From Bacteroidales bacterium (GTDB taxonomy: Bacteria > Bacteroidota > Bacteroidia > Bacteroidales > UBA3824), in NCBI GenBank assembly GCA_016286055.1, contig JAEERW010000009.1, positions 28,592-92,591 on the forward strand: 64,000 bases of DNA, in the 5' to 3' direction. The notes under the pieces were generated by a model, which saw only the letters and a program-made list of their open reading frames with translations, was not told the DNA's origin and did no database searches. The position numbers and the translations under genes were made by a program. Of the stretch, positions 29,154 through 38,290 are shown one piece after another (positions within the stretch are counted from its first letter, which is position 1; each line of letters begins with the position of its first letter).

Positions 29154-29744
29154 TCAAAATGCGGTGAGAGATAGATTTTTCTCCTCGATAATCTTTCTAA
29201 GGTTGATGAGAGCGTAGCGCATACGACCAAGTGCGGTGTTGATACTTACATTTGTAAGGTCGGCAATTTCTTTGAAGCTCATATCGCCGTAGTGTCTTAA
29301 AAGAATCACCTCTTTCTGGTCGTCGGGAAGAAGGTTGATCAACTGCCTAACTTCCTGTTCAATGCGGTTTTGCACCATTTTATCTTCTACATTGCCCTCG
29401 GCGAATTTACGGCTGTTGAATAAGTCGGTATCGCTCTGATCGGCTGATGTTACCTTAAGGTGTTTAAGTTTTCTGTAATGGTCGATAATAAGGTTGTGAG
29501 CTATACGCATAACCCACGAAAGGAACATTCCTTTGTCCATATAACGACCTTTGCGGAGTGATTTGATAACCTTTATAAAGGTTTCCTGAAAGATATCCTC
29601 TGCCAGCTCGCGATCTTTTACGATCAACATAATGTATGTGTAGACGCGGCTCTTGTGGCGGCGGAAAAGTTCTTTGATGCATGATTCATCACCTGAGATA
29701 AACAGGTCGATGAGTTCTTGTTCTGACAATTCTCTGTAGTTCAT
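29154..29744 (-). CDS. ECF-type RNA polymerase sigma-70 family factor
   Basis: Region 2 (DIFQETFIKV, SWVMRIAHNLIIDHYRK) and region 4 (LLRHYGDMSFKEIADLTNVSINTALGRMRYA) are present. No adjacent anti-sigma gene is visible. Confidence 0.85.
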   Translation of the reverse strand: MNYRELSEQELIDLFISGDESCIKELFRRHKSRVYTYIMLIVKDRELAEDIFQETFIKVIKSLRKGRYMDKGMFLSWVMRIAHNLIIDHYRKLKHLKVTSADQSDTDLFNSRKFAEGNVEDKMVQNRIEQEVRQLINLLPDDQKEVILLRHYGDMSFKEIADLTNVSINTALGRMRYALINLRKIIEEKNLSLTAF

Positions 29745-29984
29745 TGTTGTTATAGTTTATAGTTTGAGTAGTGTTGTTTCGATAGGCAAGTCCTCCATAT
29801 TTTAGTTAAACAATAATTTTATCTTCATTTTTATCTTGTTTTACGTAAGCGAGCCAACGATGTTTCAATTTTTTTAAATATTAACATTCGTTAGAAATTC
29901 GCGGCAAATATACTACTTTTTTTTAATATCAAAATCCCTGCCACATTTTTTTTCATCTAAATGTGCCAAGGGCAAAAAAAACAC

Positions 29985-29992
29985 TATTTTTG
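29985..29992 (+). promoter_or_regulatory. -7 promoter box TATTTTTG
   Basis: An exact TAnnTTTG lies 66 nt upstream of the ATG at 30058. It is followed by CAGCGTAA, as is the box at 14808. Confidence 0.4.
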
Positions 29993-30057
29993 CAGCGTAA
30001 AATCATTTTTTTTAATACCTTTACGGCAATATTTATTAATTTAACATCAAAAACTAA

Positions 30058-31002
30058 ATGCAACAAGTATCAGCAGGAATCGACATTGGCGGCACCAACA
30101 CCGCTATTGGAATTGTAGACGACAACGCTAATATCTTAGCTGAAATTTCGTTTCCCACTTCTGGCTATCCAGTATTTGAAGAATACGTTTCAAACATCAG
30201 CAACACTATAAAAGACCTTTTGTCGAAGGCTGGTAGCGGATTGGAACTTCGCGGTATTGGCGTAGGTGCTCCCAACGGCAACTATTACGAGGGCACTATC
30301 GAAAAAGCTCCCAACCTTCCTTGGAAAGACACTGTATATTTAGCCCGCGAAATTCAAAAATATTTTTCGTGCAAAGTGGTGGTTACCAACGATGCCAAAG
30401 CAGCCACTATCGGCGAAATGGTGTACGGCGGCGCAAAAGGAATGAAAAACTTTGTGATGATTACCCTCGGCACGGGTCTCGGTAGCGGAATTGTTGCCAA
30501 CGGACAGTTAATATATGGTGCCGACGGTTTTGCAGGCGAATACGGACACAGCATCGCCATCGAAAACGGCCGTCAATGTGGTTGTGGTCGTCGCGGCTGT
30601 TTAGAAACCTACTGCTCGGCTTCTGGCATCAAACGCACTGTATACGAATTGCTTGCTTCTGAGCGCGACGAATCAAAAATGCGTTCGATACCTTTTGAAA
30701 CTCTCACAAGCAAAGATATTTACGATTTTGCAAAACAAGGCGACAAAATTGCTTTAAAGGCTTTTGACTTTACCGCAGAAATTCTCGGCAAAAAACTCGC
30801 CGACCTTGCTACAATACTCTCCCCCGAGGCAGTGTTCCTTTTTGGAGGTCTTGCTCTTGCCAAAGACCTTATTGTAGAGCCCACACAAAAGTATATGGAG
30901 CAGAATCTTCTGCCTGTTTACCGTGGCAAAATCAAGGTACTTCCGTCGGCATTGCTCGGCACTAATATTGCAGTGCTGGGTGCAGCCGCTCTCGTGCATT
31001 AA
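30058..31002 (+). CDS. ROK family sugar kinase (glucokinase-like)
   Basis: GIDIGGTNTAIG, the Zn motif GHSIAIENGRQCGCGRRGCLETYCS, and the ~314-aa length fit a ROK kinase. Confidence 0.85.
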   Translation: MQQVSAGIDIGGTNTAIGIVDDNANILAEISFPTSGYPVFEEYVSNISNTIKDLLSKAGSGLELRGIGVGAPNGNYYEGTIEKAPNLPWKDTVYLAREIQKYFSCKVVVTNDAKAATIGEMVYGGAKGMKNFVMITLGTGLGSGIVANGQLIYGADGFAGEYGHSIAIENGRQCGCGRRGCLETYCSASGIKRTVYELLASERDESKMRSIPFETLTSKDIYDFAKQGDKIALKAFDFTAEILGKKLADLATILSPEAVFLFGGLALAKDLIVEPTQKYMEQNLLPVYRGKIKVLPSALLGTNIAVLGAAALVH

Positions 31003-31041
31003 CACACATTATTATTGTAACACCTAAAAAACCTACCCCAC

Positions 31042-32160
31042 ATGAAAGCAGACAAAGTAACCGTAGTATCGGGACAAGAAGGCGAAGAAACTGTCCTCGT
31101 GCTAAAAAAGAAAAAATTTCCGTGGTGGATTCTGCTGCTACTGCTTCCACTGCTCCTGCTTATCCCAATAAGCCGAACTGTACGCATTCAGGTAGTGCAA
31201 CAAAACAATCAAGAACCCGTAACAGGCACAACCACAGAATTCTATTACCCCGAAATAGGCACTTTTGGTGCAAAAGTATACGTTACTCAAAAACATGACA
31301 CCGACAACGAAGGTCGCGTAGTATACGAAGGCATTTCTGAACCGTTGTGGTACGTGCTGTTCGACAAATTTATGGGTTACACCGCCAAAGTGACGGTTCA
31401 CGGAGGCTGTATTTCTGGCGATGGCATGGAATATCCCTACCACGAGTTTCCGAGATTTGATTTCAAAGTTGTGGAGATTCCGCAACAAGAAATAAGCGTG
31501 CCGGTAACAGTTATCGATGCCGACACCAAAGAACCAATAGGCGAAGCCAAAGTAGAAATAATCAAGATTATAGACGGCAACACCACCATCGACTCGGTAT
31601 TCACCGACACCACCGGCGTAATAATGCTCAACTCGTCGATGTGCGCTCAGCTAACCCTCATAGGTTCAAAAGAGGGATACGAAAACGACACTCTCGCAGG
31701 CGGAGCCGAGGCAATTGCCCAAATCAACGACACTTCGCGTGTATTGCGTCTAAAACCAATATTCCAAGGCGAAGGCGGCGACTTGCGTTTCAACCTGCAA
31801 TGGTACTCAAAAACCGACCTCGACCTCCACGTAGTTGACCCATGTGGACACGAAATCTTCTACGAACGCCGTCAGTTTGAATGCGGCGATGGAGAAGGCA
31901 CTCTCGACGTGGACGCAAACGCCAAGTACAACAACCGTCCTTACACATTCACAACCGAACCGCAAGAGAACATATTCTTTGTAGCCCCGTCGAAAGGCGA
32001 ATACAAGGTTAAGGTGATGTGCTTTGAAAAACGTGGCAACACTAGCGCCGAAGAGGAGTTTAACGTGACAATCATCGACCGCAAGGGACACCGCAAAGAC
32101 TTCACTGGCAAGGTCAAAAACCGTCAAACTATTACAGTTACCACACACATAGTAGAATAA
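31042..32160 (+). CDS. N-terminally membrane-anchored protein with Ig-like domain and C-terminal 'DLDLHV' module (paralog A)
   Basis: The N-terminus is TVVSG..E.VLVLKKKKFPWW followed by a TM helix. The C-terminal ~110 aa (GDLRFNLQWYSKTDLDLHVVDPCGHEIFY...TLDVDAN...PQENIFF..KGEYKVKV) are shared with the next gene. Confidence 0.7.
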   Translation: MKADKVTVVSGQEGEETVLVLKKKKFPWWILLLLLPLLLLIPISRTVRIQVVQQNNQEPVTGTTTEFYYPEIGTFGAKVYVTQKHDTDNEGRVVYEGISEPLWYVLFDKFMGYTAKVTVHGGCISGDGMEYPYHEFPRFDFKVVEIPQQEISVPVTVIDADTKEPIGEAKVEIIKIIDGNTTIDSVFTDTTGVIMLNSSMCAQLTLIGSKEGYENDTLAGGAEAIAQINDTSRVLRLKPIFQGEGGDLRFNLQWYSKTDLDLHVVDPCGHEIFYERRQFECGDGEGTLDVDANAKYNNRPYTFTTEPQENIFFVAPSKGEYKVKVMCFEKRGNTSAEEEFNVTIIDRKGHRKDFTGKVKNRQTITVTTHIVE

Positions 32161-32181
32161 CCAACTAAAACACATATAATA

Positions 32182-33882
32182 ATGGGTACAAACAAAGCAA
32201 CCGTTGTTTCGGGCGAAGGAGATTCCGAAATAACACTCGTATTAAAGAAAAAAAAATTCCCTTGGTGGATATTCCTGTTTCTGCTCTTATTTGTATTTAT
32301 AATACCGATAGGACGCACTGTTAGGATTCATCTTAGCGAAAAACAGACCGGCATATCCATTGCCGCAGCCGAAACCAAGTTTTCGTATCCAGCAATAGGA
32401 TTATTTGGCTCGCACACGCCCACAACTGTAACAGGCAGCACCGACACAGAAGGCAAAGTACAGTTCGACGGAATCAAAGAGCCGCTGTGGTATGTGCTCT
32501 TTGGCGGAATGTTTAACGATTCGGCATACGTAACCGCCGGAAACGAGTGCTACAACGCCGACAATATTGGCGACCTTTACCGTTCGTTCCCAAAAGACAG
32601 TTACAAAGAAGTGCAGATTCCGCCGCTATTTTCAAGCACCGACCTCAAAGTTATCGACATAGACAACAACGAGCCCCTGCCTGGCGCCGATGTGCAGATT
32701 ATCTCCATTGTTAACGAATCGCAAGAATCGTCGTCAACCACCACCGACCCTTCGGGCGGATTCACTATCAATATGCCTCAGTGCGGAAGCGTAAAATGCG
32801 TGGCATCAAAAGACGGATACCTCAACGACACTCTCGAAGCATCGCTTTTTGACCTCGCCAATATGTCAGACCTTGAGAAATCGCTCAAGCTCTCTCCCAT
32901 GAAAGGTAGCGTAAAGGTGATTGTGAAAAACCTCAAAACCAAGAGTCTCCTGCCCGATGCAACTGTAACGCTTACAATCAACGGTGCATCATCGTCGTTG
33001 CAAACCAATACCAATGGTGTAGGTGTGGGTCTTTTTGATTCGCTGCGAATATCCAACACTCTATCGTTCAAGGCATCAAAAGCTGGATACGCCGACACCA
33101 CATTAGACGGCGGCACTGTGAAAAAATTCATGGAGCTACCCGAAGAGGAGCGCACTATGTACCTCCGTCCGCTCACCACTTCGCTCGTATTCTACAATAC
33201 CGACGGCAGCAAACCTTTAGCTGGTGTCAAGAACGAAATCCGCATAAACGGTAAACTCAAAGCCACCGAATATAGCAACGCACAAGGTGAGTTTACCGTT
33301 CTCGGTATCGGCGAAAACGACAAGATTTCAATCACGGCCTCAAAATCGGGCTACATATCAAACGGCAGCAAGGTGTACAACGCAACACTTGCGCAACTCA
33401 ACACCAAGGAGAGCCGTACTATACCGCTGAGCGTAAAACCTACACCTCCTCCCGCTCCTACCCCGTCGCCTACTCCTAACAATCCTCCGCAAAACGACCT
33501 TAAGGGTCAGAGCGGTGACCTGCGTATCAACCTTCAGTGGTACTCAAAAACCGACCTCGACCTCCACGTTATCGACCCCTGCGGCAACGAGATTTTCTTC
33601 AGCCGTAGAAGGGCTTTGTGTGGTAGCGGATCTGGCAACCTCGACCTCGACGCCAACGCTATTATAGGCACCACAAACCGTCCCCAGGAGAATATCTACT
33701 GGTTGAAACCCAAGGCTGGAACTTACACTGTTAAGGTTGTATGTTTCAAATACCGCGAAAAAACCGCCCAAAGCCTCAATTTCAACGTTTCTATAGTGGA
33801 CAAATACGGACGTAAAGACTACCGTGGCACTATCAACAAGGGGCAAACTGTTGAAGTAACACGTTATAATTATAGAGAATAA
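32182..33882 (+). CDS. N-terminally membrane-anchored protein with several Ig/CarboxypepD_reg-like domains and C-terminal 'DLDLHV' module (paralog B)
   Basis: It is collinear with the preceding gene, sharing the same N-terminal KKKKFPWW+TM, EPLWYVLF block and C-terminal module. It has extra Ig-like repeats and a Pro-rich linker KPTPPPAPTPSPTP. Confidence 0.7.
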   Translation: MGTNKATVVSGEGDSEITLVLKKKKFPWWIFLFLLLFVFIIPIGRTVRIHLSEKQTGISIAAAETKFSYPAIGLFGSHTPTTVTGSTDTEGKVQFDGIKEPLWYVLFGGMFNDSAYVTAGNECYNADNIGDLYRSFPKDSYKEVQIPPLFSSTDLKVIDIDNNEPLPGADVQIISIVNESQESSSTTTDPSGGFTINMPQCGSVKCVASKDGYLNDTLEASLFDLANMSDLEKSLKLSPMKGSVKVIVKNLKTKSLLPDATVTLTINGASSSLQTNTNGVGVGLFDSLRISNTLSFKASKAGYADTTLDGGTVKKFMELPEEERTMYLRPLTTSLVFYNTDGSKPLAGVKNEIRINGKLKATEYSNAQGEFTVLGIGENDKISITASKSGYISNGSKVYNATLAQLNTKESRTIPLSVKPTPPPAPTPSPTPNNPPQNDLKGQSGDLRINLQWYSKTDLDLHVIDPCGNEIFFSRRRALCGSGSGNLDLDANAIIGTTNRPQENIYWLKPKAGTYTVKVVCFKYREKTAQSLNFNVSIVDKYGRKDYRGTINKGQTVEVTRYNYRE

Positions 33883-33927
33883 CAACTACCAGCTACATTC
33901 ACGTATCAAAATCATTATCCAACACTC

Positions 33928-35439
33928 ATGAAAAAAATCATCACTGCCGTTCTAATACTATTATCGGCATATTCGTTGGCACAAACACCAGAGCCAGCGC
34001 CACGTGTTACATACGACACCATTCCGGCGCCCCCCGATACTCTTGCAATCAACGCCGCCCGCAAAGGTCATTTTGTATTCTTCGACTTTGGTGGAGGATT
34101 AAATAACGTAAGTTTCAAAGTAGAAGACACTTGCGCTAAAAAATCACCTGGATTTGGCATCACGGCAAGATTTGGCTACCGCTACTTTTTCGCTCCAAAC
34201 TGGGGTATAGGCGTGGGTTTAAACTACAGCACATACCAAGGTATTACAACCATCAACTTTGTCAATGAGGCAAAAAATGAAATAGATACAGCAGCCAAGT
34301 ACGTACCAGGTCATGAAGATGGTCTAGGCTACGACTACACTTCATCATTCAACGACTTGAAAGAGCGAATTACAGTATCGGCCATCGAAATACCGATTGG
34401 ATTATACTACCAGCAAGCACTGGGCTCTAAATTCCGTTTAGGAGCAGGTGTACATATAAGCATGACTCAGATACTCACCAAAAAGTTCAAATCAGTATCA
34501 GGAGCACTTACTAACTCTGCTGTATATACAACGGTGAATCTTCCCGTATCCAATTTGCCAGATTACGGTTTTACCTCCTTCTCAAATCTCAAAGGCACAC
34601 CTGCCCTAAAAACCACCACTATTGGTTTAGGAGGCGAATTGTCGCTACACTATGCCCTCACAAGCAAGTTAGACATAACATTCAATCTCAGCGGCTCTTA
34701 CCGCCTCGGCGACATAAAAAAACGCAACGACTCTAAACTATGGAACAATCTTGATACTGGATACACTTCCTCTGCATACGCAGGCATTACACAAACTCAG
34801 TTATCCAAGAATGTCAACCTTGTTAACGTAGGCGCTTCCGTCGGTCTGCGCTACCGTCTTGCAAAGAAACCACAGCCGCAGATTATCGAGCGAATTTTGC
34901 CGCCAATCGACACCCTTGTAGTTGACATTGACACCACCGACAACTTCTTCAACCGAAACGCTGATGATTTTGGTGTAAACATACTGCCTATGGGATACAC
35001 CTTTGTAAACTCTGGACTTGATATGACCAAAGAGCTCGAACGCAAAAAAGTGGGCGACCCAATAGGTGTACCTATTCACTTTGCGCTCAACAGCGACCAG
35101 CTCGCCGACACTTCGCACACTCTTATGGACACTGTGGTGACATTCCTTAAAAAGAATCCCGACGTAATAAAGATGGAGGTTTCGGCGCATACCGACAATA
35201 TTGGTTCCGACGCTTACAATCTCGACCTATCGAAACGCCGTGCCCGCACTGTGGTCAACTACTTAATAAACCAAGGCGTGGAACCCGAGCGGCTTGAACC
35301 TATAGGCTACGGTGAAAGCCGTCCCCTCAACGACAACTCAACAGAGGCTATGCGCGACATCAACCGACGTGTGGAATTTGTGATATTAGCCTTAGACGAT
35401 TCGAAACGAAACAACAACGAACAACCAAACGACCAATAA
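33928..35439 (+). CDS. OmpA family outer-membrane protein (N-terminal beta-barrel + C-terminal peptidoglycan-binding OmpA domain)
   Basis: A signal peptide and a beta-barrel-like N-terminal half are present. The C-terminal OmpA_C motifs are VSAHTDNIGSDAYNLDLSKRRARTV and NRRVEFVI. Confidence 0.8.
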   Translation: MKKIITAVLILLSAYSLAQTPEPAPRVTYDTIPAPPDTLAINAARKGHFVFFDFGGGLNNVSFKVEDTCAKKSPGFGITARFGYRYFFAPNWGIGVGLNYSTYQGITTINFVNEAKNEIDTAAKYVPGHEDGLGYDYTSSFNDLKERITVSAIEIPIGLYYQQALGSKFRLGAGVHISMTQILTKKFKSVSGALTNSAVYTTVNLPVSNLPDYGFTSFSNLKGTPALKTTTIGLGGELSLHYALTSKLDITFNLSGSYRLGDIKKRNDSKLWNNLDTGYTSSAYAGITQTQLSKNVNLVNVGASVGLRYRLAKKPQPQIIERILPPIDTLVVDIDTTDNFFNRNADDFGVNILPMGYTFVNSGLDMTKELERKKVGDPIGVPIHFALNSDQLADTSHTLMDTVVTFLKKNPDVIKMEVSAHTDNIGSDAYNLDLSKRRARTVVNYLINQGVEPERLEPIGYGESRPLNDNSTEAMRDINRRVEFVILALDDSKRNNNEQPNDQ

Positions 35440-35440
35440 T

Positions 35441-35472
35441 AAAAAAGGGAGCGAAAATCGCTCCCTTTTTTT
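35441..35472. terminator. bidirectional terminator between the ompA-family gene and alaS
   Basis: The perfect stem GGGAGCGA / TCGCTCCC has an A-run on one side and a T-run on the other. Confidence 0.75.
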
Positions 35473-35498
35473 ATAACAATCAATTAATAAATTTTCAA

Positions 35499-38126
35499 CT
35501 ACTTGACAAAAGCCTTTGCTGCGGCAATTGCCTTGTCTAATCCGTCGGGATTCTTGCCGCCTGCTGTGGCGTAGAAGGGCTGTCCGCCGCCTCCGCCGAG
35601 TATCTCCTTGCCTGCCTCTTTTACTATGGCTCCGGCGTTGAGTCCGCGTTCTTTCACAAGATTGTCGCTCATGATAACAGAAATAAGCGGTTTGCCGTCG
35701 AACAATGCGCCGAGTACTACAAATGCGTTGTCAATCTGCTGGCGTATCTGGAACGAGAGGTCTTTCAACAAGTCTTTGTTGCCCACAGAAACACGCTCGG
35801 CTATAACGTTCACACCGTTGATATTCTGCGCTTTGGCAATAAGGGCATCCTTAACGCCTGCAAGTTTCTCGTGCTCGAGCACATCGATCTGTTTTTTGAG
35901 TGCGGCGTTGTCGGCAACGAGAGCCTCCACCGACTTGATGATGTCGTCCTCGGTCTTAGCCTTGAACATAAGTTTAAGAGCCGATGTAATAGCGCACTGT
36001 TTAGTTGCGTATTCTTCTGCCGCTTTGCCTGTAAGAGCCTCAATACGGCGTACTCCGGCTGCTACGGCAGTTTCGGTGATTATCTTGAAAAATCCAATGC
36101 GTCCAGTGTTGCTGATGTGCGTACCACCGCAGAGCTCGATGCTGTCGCCGAATTTAACCACACGCACCTTGTCGCCATATTTCTCGCCAAAAAGCGCGAT
36201 AGCTCCGAGAGCCTGAGCATCTTTGATAGGCATATCGCGGTGTTCTTCGAGGGCGATGCCTTCGCGGATTTTTTCATTTACAAACTGCTCGGTGCGTGCA
36301 ATCTCCTCGTCGGTCATCTTGCTGAAATGGCTAAAGTCAAAACGGAGATAATCGCTGCAAACCATTGAACCTTTCTGTTCTACGTGTGTACCAAGGATTG
36401 AACGGAGAGCCTCGTCCAAGAGGTGAGTTGCACTGTGGTTACGTTCGATAGCAGCACGTTTTTCGGCATCAACCACAGCGTGGAAAGTGGCTTTAAGGTC
36501 TTCGGGAAGTTCCTTAACAATATGAATCGAAAGTCCGTTTTCTTTCTGAGTGTCGGTGATGTAGGTCTTTTTGCCGTTGGCCTCGATATAGCCGCAGTCG
36601 CCTACCTGACCGCCCATTTCGCCATAGAAAGGAGTCTTGTTGAATACTATTTGATAGAAGTTTTTGCCCTTGGCTTCTACCTTGCGGTAACGCCAAATTT
36701 TAACTTCTGATGCGGTTTCATCGTAGCCGGTGAACTCCTCGGTAGAGAAGCTGTTAACCTCTTGCCAGTCGCTGCTTTCGATTTTGGCATCGTTGCGGCT
36801 GCGCTCTTTCTGAGCGTTGAGTTCCTGCTCAAACTCAGCTTGATTGTGTGTGAGACCTTTCTCTTTGAGAATAAGTTCTGTAAGGTCGAGGGGGAATCCA
36901 TAAGTATCGTAAAGAACAAACACTGTTTTGCCATCGATCTCTTTCTTGCCGGCTTTCTGTGCCTGCTCCACCACCTTGTCTAAAAGGCGGATACCAGTTT
37001 CCAAAGTACGAAGGAATGAAGTTTCCTCCTCTACCATCACCTTTTCGATGATGTCTTTCTGAGCCACAAGTTCGGGATAAGCCTCGCCCATAACCGAACG
37101 GAGCACAGGAAGGAGCTTGTACATAAAAGGTTCAGCCTGTCCGAGGAAAGTGTAAGCGTATCTTACAGCCCTGCGGAGAATACGGCGGATAACGTAGCCA
37201 GCCTTGGCGTTTGCGGGCAGCTGTCCGTCGGCAATGGCAAACGATATAGCACGGATATGGTCGGCAATAACTCGCATTGCCACGTCGGTTTCTTGTTTAG
37301 CACCGTACTTAATGCCGGTGAGACGGCTGATTTCTTGTATTACGGGTTGGAAAATATCTGTGTCGTAGTTGCTCTGCTTGCCTTGTAGAGCCATGCATAA
37401 ACGCTCAAATCCCATACCGGTATCCACGTGCTTAGCGGGTAGAGGTTCGAGGCTTCCGTCGGCCTTGCGGTTAAACTGCATAAACACGAGGTTCCAAATT
37501 TCAATTACTTGAGGATGGCTCTGGTTAACGAGCTTTACGCCGGGGAGCTTTGCACGCTCCTCGTCGCTGCGGAGGTCGATATGAATCTCGCTGCAGGGAC
37601 CGCACGGACCAGTTGCACCCATTTCCCAGAAATTGTCGTGCTTGTTGCCCATAATCACGCGGTCGGCAGGAAGGTGTTTGAGCCAGTATCCCTTGGCCTC
37701 CTCGTCGGGTTGGAGGTTTTCATCTTTAGCGCCCTCAAAAACAGTGGCGTAAAGACGGCTGGTATCAAGGTGGAGCACGTCAACAAGGAACTCCCACGCC
37801 CAGTCGATAATCTCTTTTTTAAAATAGTCGCCGAAGCTCCAGTTGCCGAGCATCTCGAACATAGTGTGGTGATAGGTGTCGTGTCCCACTTCTTCGAGGT
37901 CGTTGTGCTTGCCCGACACTCGGAGGCACTTCTGACTATCTGCCACGCGCTTGCTTGCCGCTGGCTCATTGCCGAGAAAAATATCTTTAAACTGGTTCAT
38001 ACCTGCGTTGGTAAACATCAGGGTAGGGTCGTTTTTCACAACCATAGGTGCCGATGGCACAATCTTATGTTGCTTCGACGCAAAAAAATCCAAAAAGGCT
38101 TTGCGTATCTCCTTTGAGGTCATCAT
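35499..38126 (-). CDS. alaS: alanine--tRNA ligase
   Basis: The protein is 875 aa, with the N-terminus [27 protein letters not shown], the [10 protein letters not shown] motif, and the editing-domain HSATHLL motif. Confidence 0.95.
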   Translation of the reverse strand: MMTSKEIRKAFLDFFASKQHKIVPSAPMVVKNDPTLMFTNAGMNQFKDIFLGNEPAASKRVADSQKCLRVSGKHNDLEEVGHDTYHHTMFEMLGNWSFGDYFKKEIIDWAWEFLVDVLHLDTSRLYATVFEGAKDENLQPDEEAKGYWLKHLPADRVIMGNKHDNFWEMGATGPCGPCSEIHIDLRSDEERAKLPGVKLVNQSHPQVIEIWNLVFMQFNRKADGSLEPLPAKHVDTGMGFERLCMALQGKQSNYDTDIFQPVIQEISRLTGIKYGAKQETDVAMRVIADHIRAISFAIADGQLPANAKAGYVIRRILRRAVRYAYTFLGQAEPFMYKLLPVLRSVMGEAYPELVAQKDIIEKVMVEEETSFLRTLETGIRLLDKVVEQAQKAGKKEIDGKTVFVLYDTYGFPLDLTELILKEKGLTHNQAEFEQELNAQKERSRNDAKIESSDWQEVNSFSTEEFTGYDETASEVKIWRYRKVEAKGKNFYQIVFNKTPFYGEMGGQVGDCGYIEANGKKTYITDTQKENGLSIHIVKELPEDLKATFHAVVDAEKRAAIERNHSATHLLDEALRSILGTHVEQKGSMVCSDYLRFDFSHFSKMTDEEIARTEQFVNEKIREGIALEEHRDMPIKDAQALGAIALFGEKYGDKVRVVKFGDSIELCGGTHISNTGRIGFFKIITETAVAAGVRRIEALTGKAAEEYATKQCAITSALKLMFKAKTEDDIIKSVEALVADNAALKKQIDVLEHEKLAGVKDALIAKAQNINGVNVIAERVSVGNKDLLKDLSFQIRQQIDNAFVVLGALFDGKPLISVIMSDNLVKERGLNAGAIVKEAGKEILGGGGGQPFYATAGGKNPDGLDKAIAAAKAFVK

Positions 38127-38161
38127 GTGTTAATGCTTTGTTTTAAAAAAAAATTATGGCG

Positions 38162-38169
38162 CAAATTTA
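38162..38169 (-). promoter_or_regulatory. -7 promoter box TAAATTTG for alaS
   Basis: An exact TAnnTTTG on the minus strand lies 36 nt upstream of the alaS ATG. Confidence 0.45.
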
Positions 38170-38290
38170 CTTCTTTTATTGGGATTATCCGTATAATTTA
38201 CAAAAAAAACTCATAACTTTGAAAATTAATTTGGTACAAAGGCTTACTTTTTGCGACATTGTACAAGAGATAATTAACGTAATATAGAAT

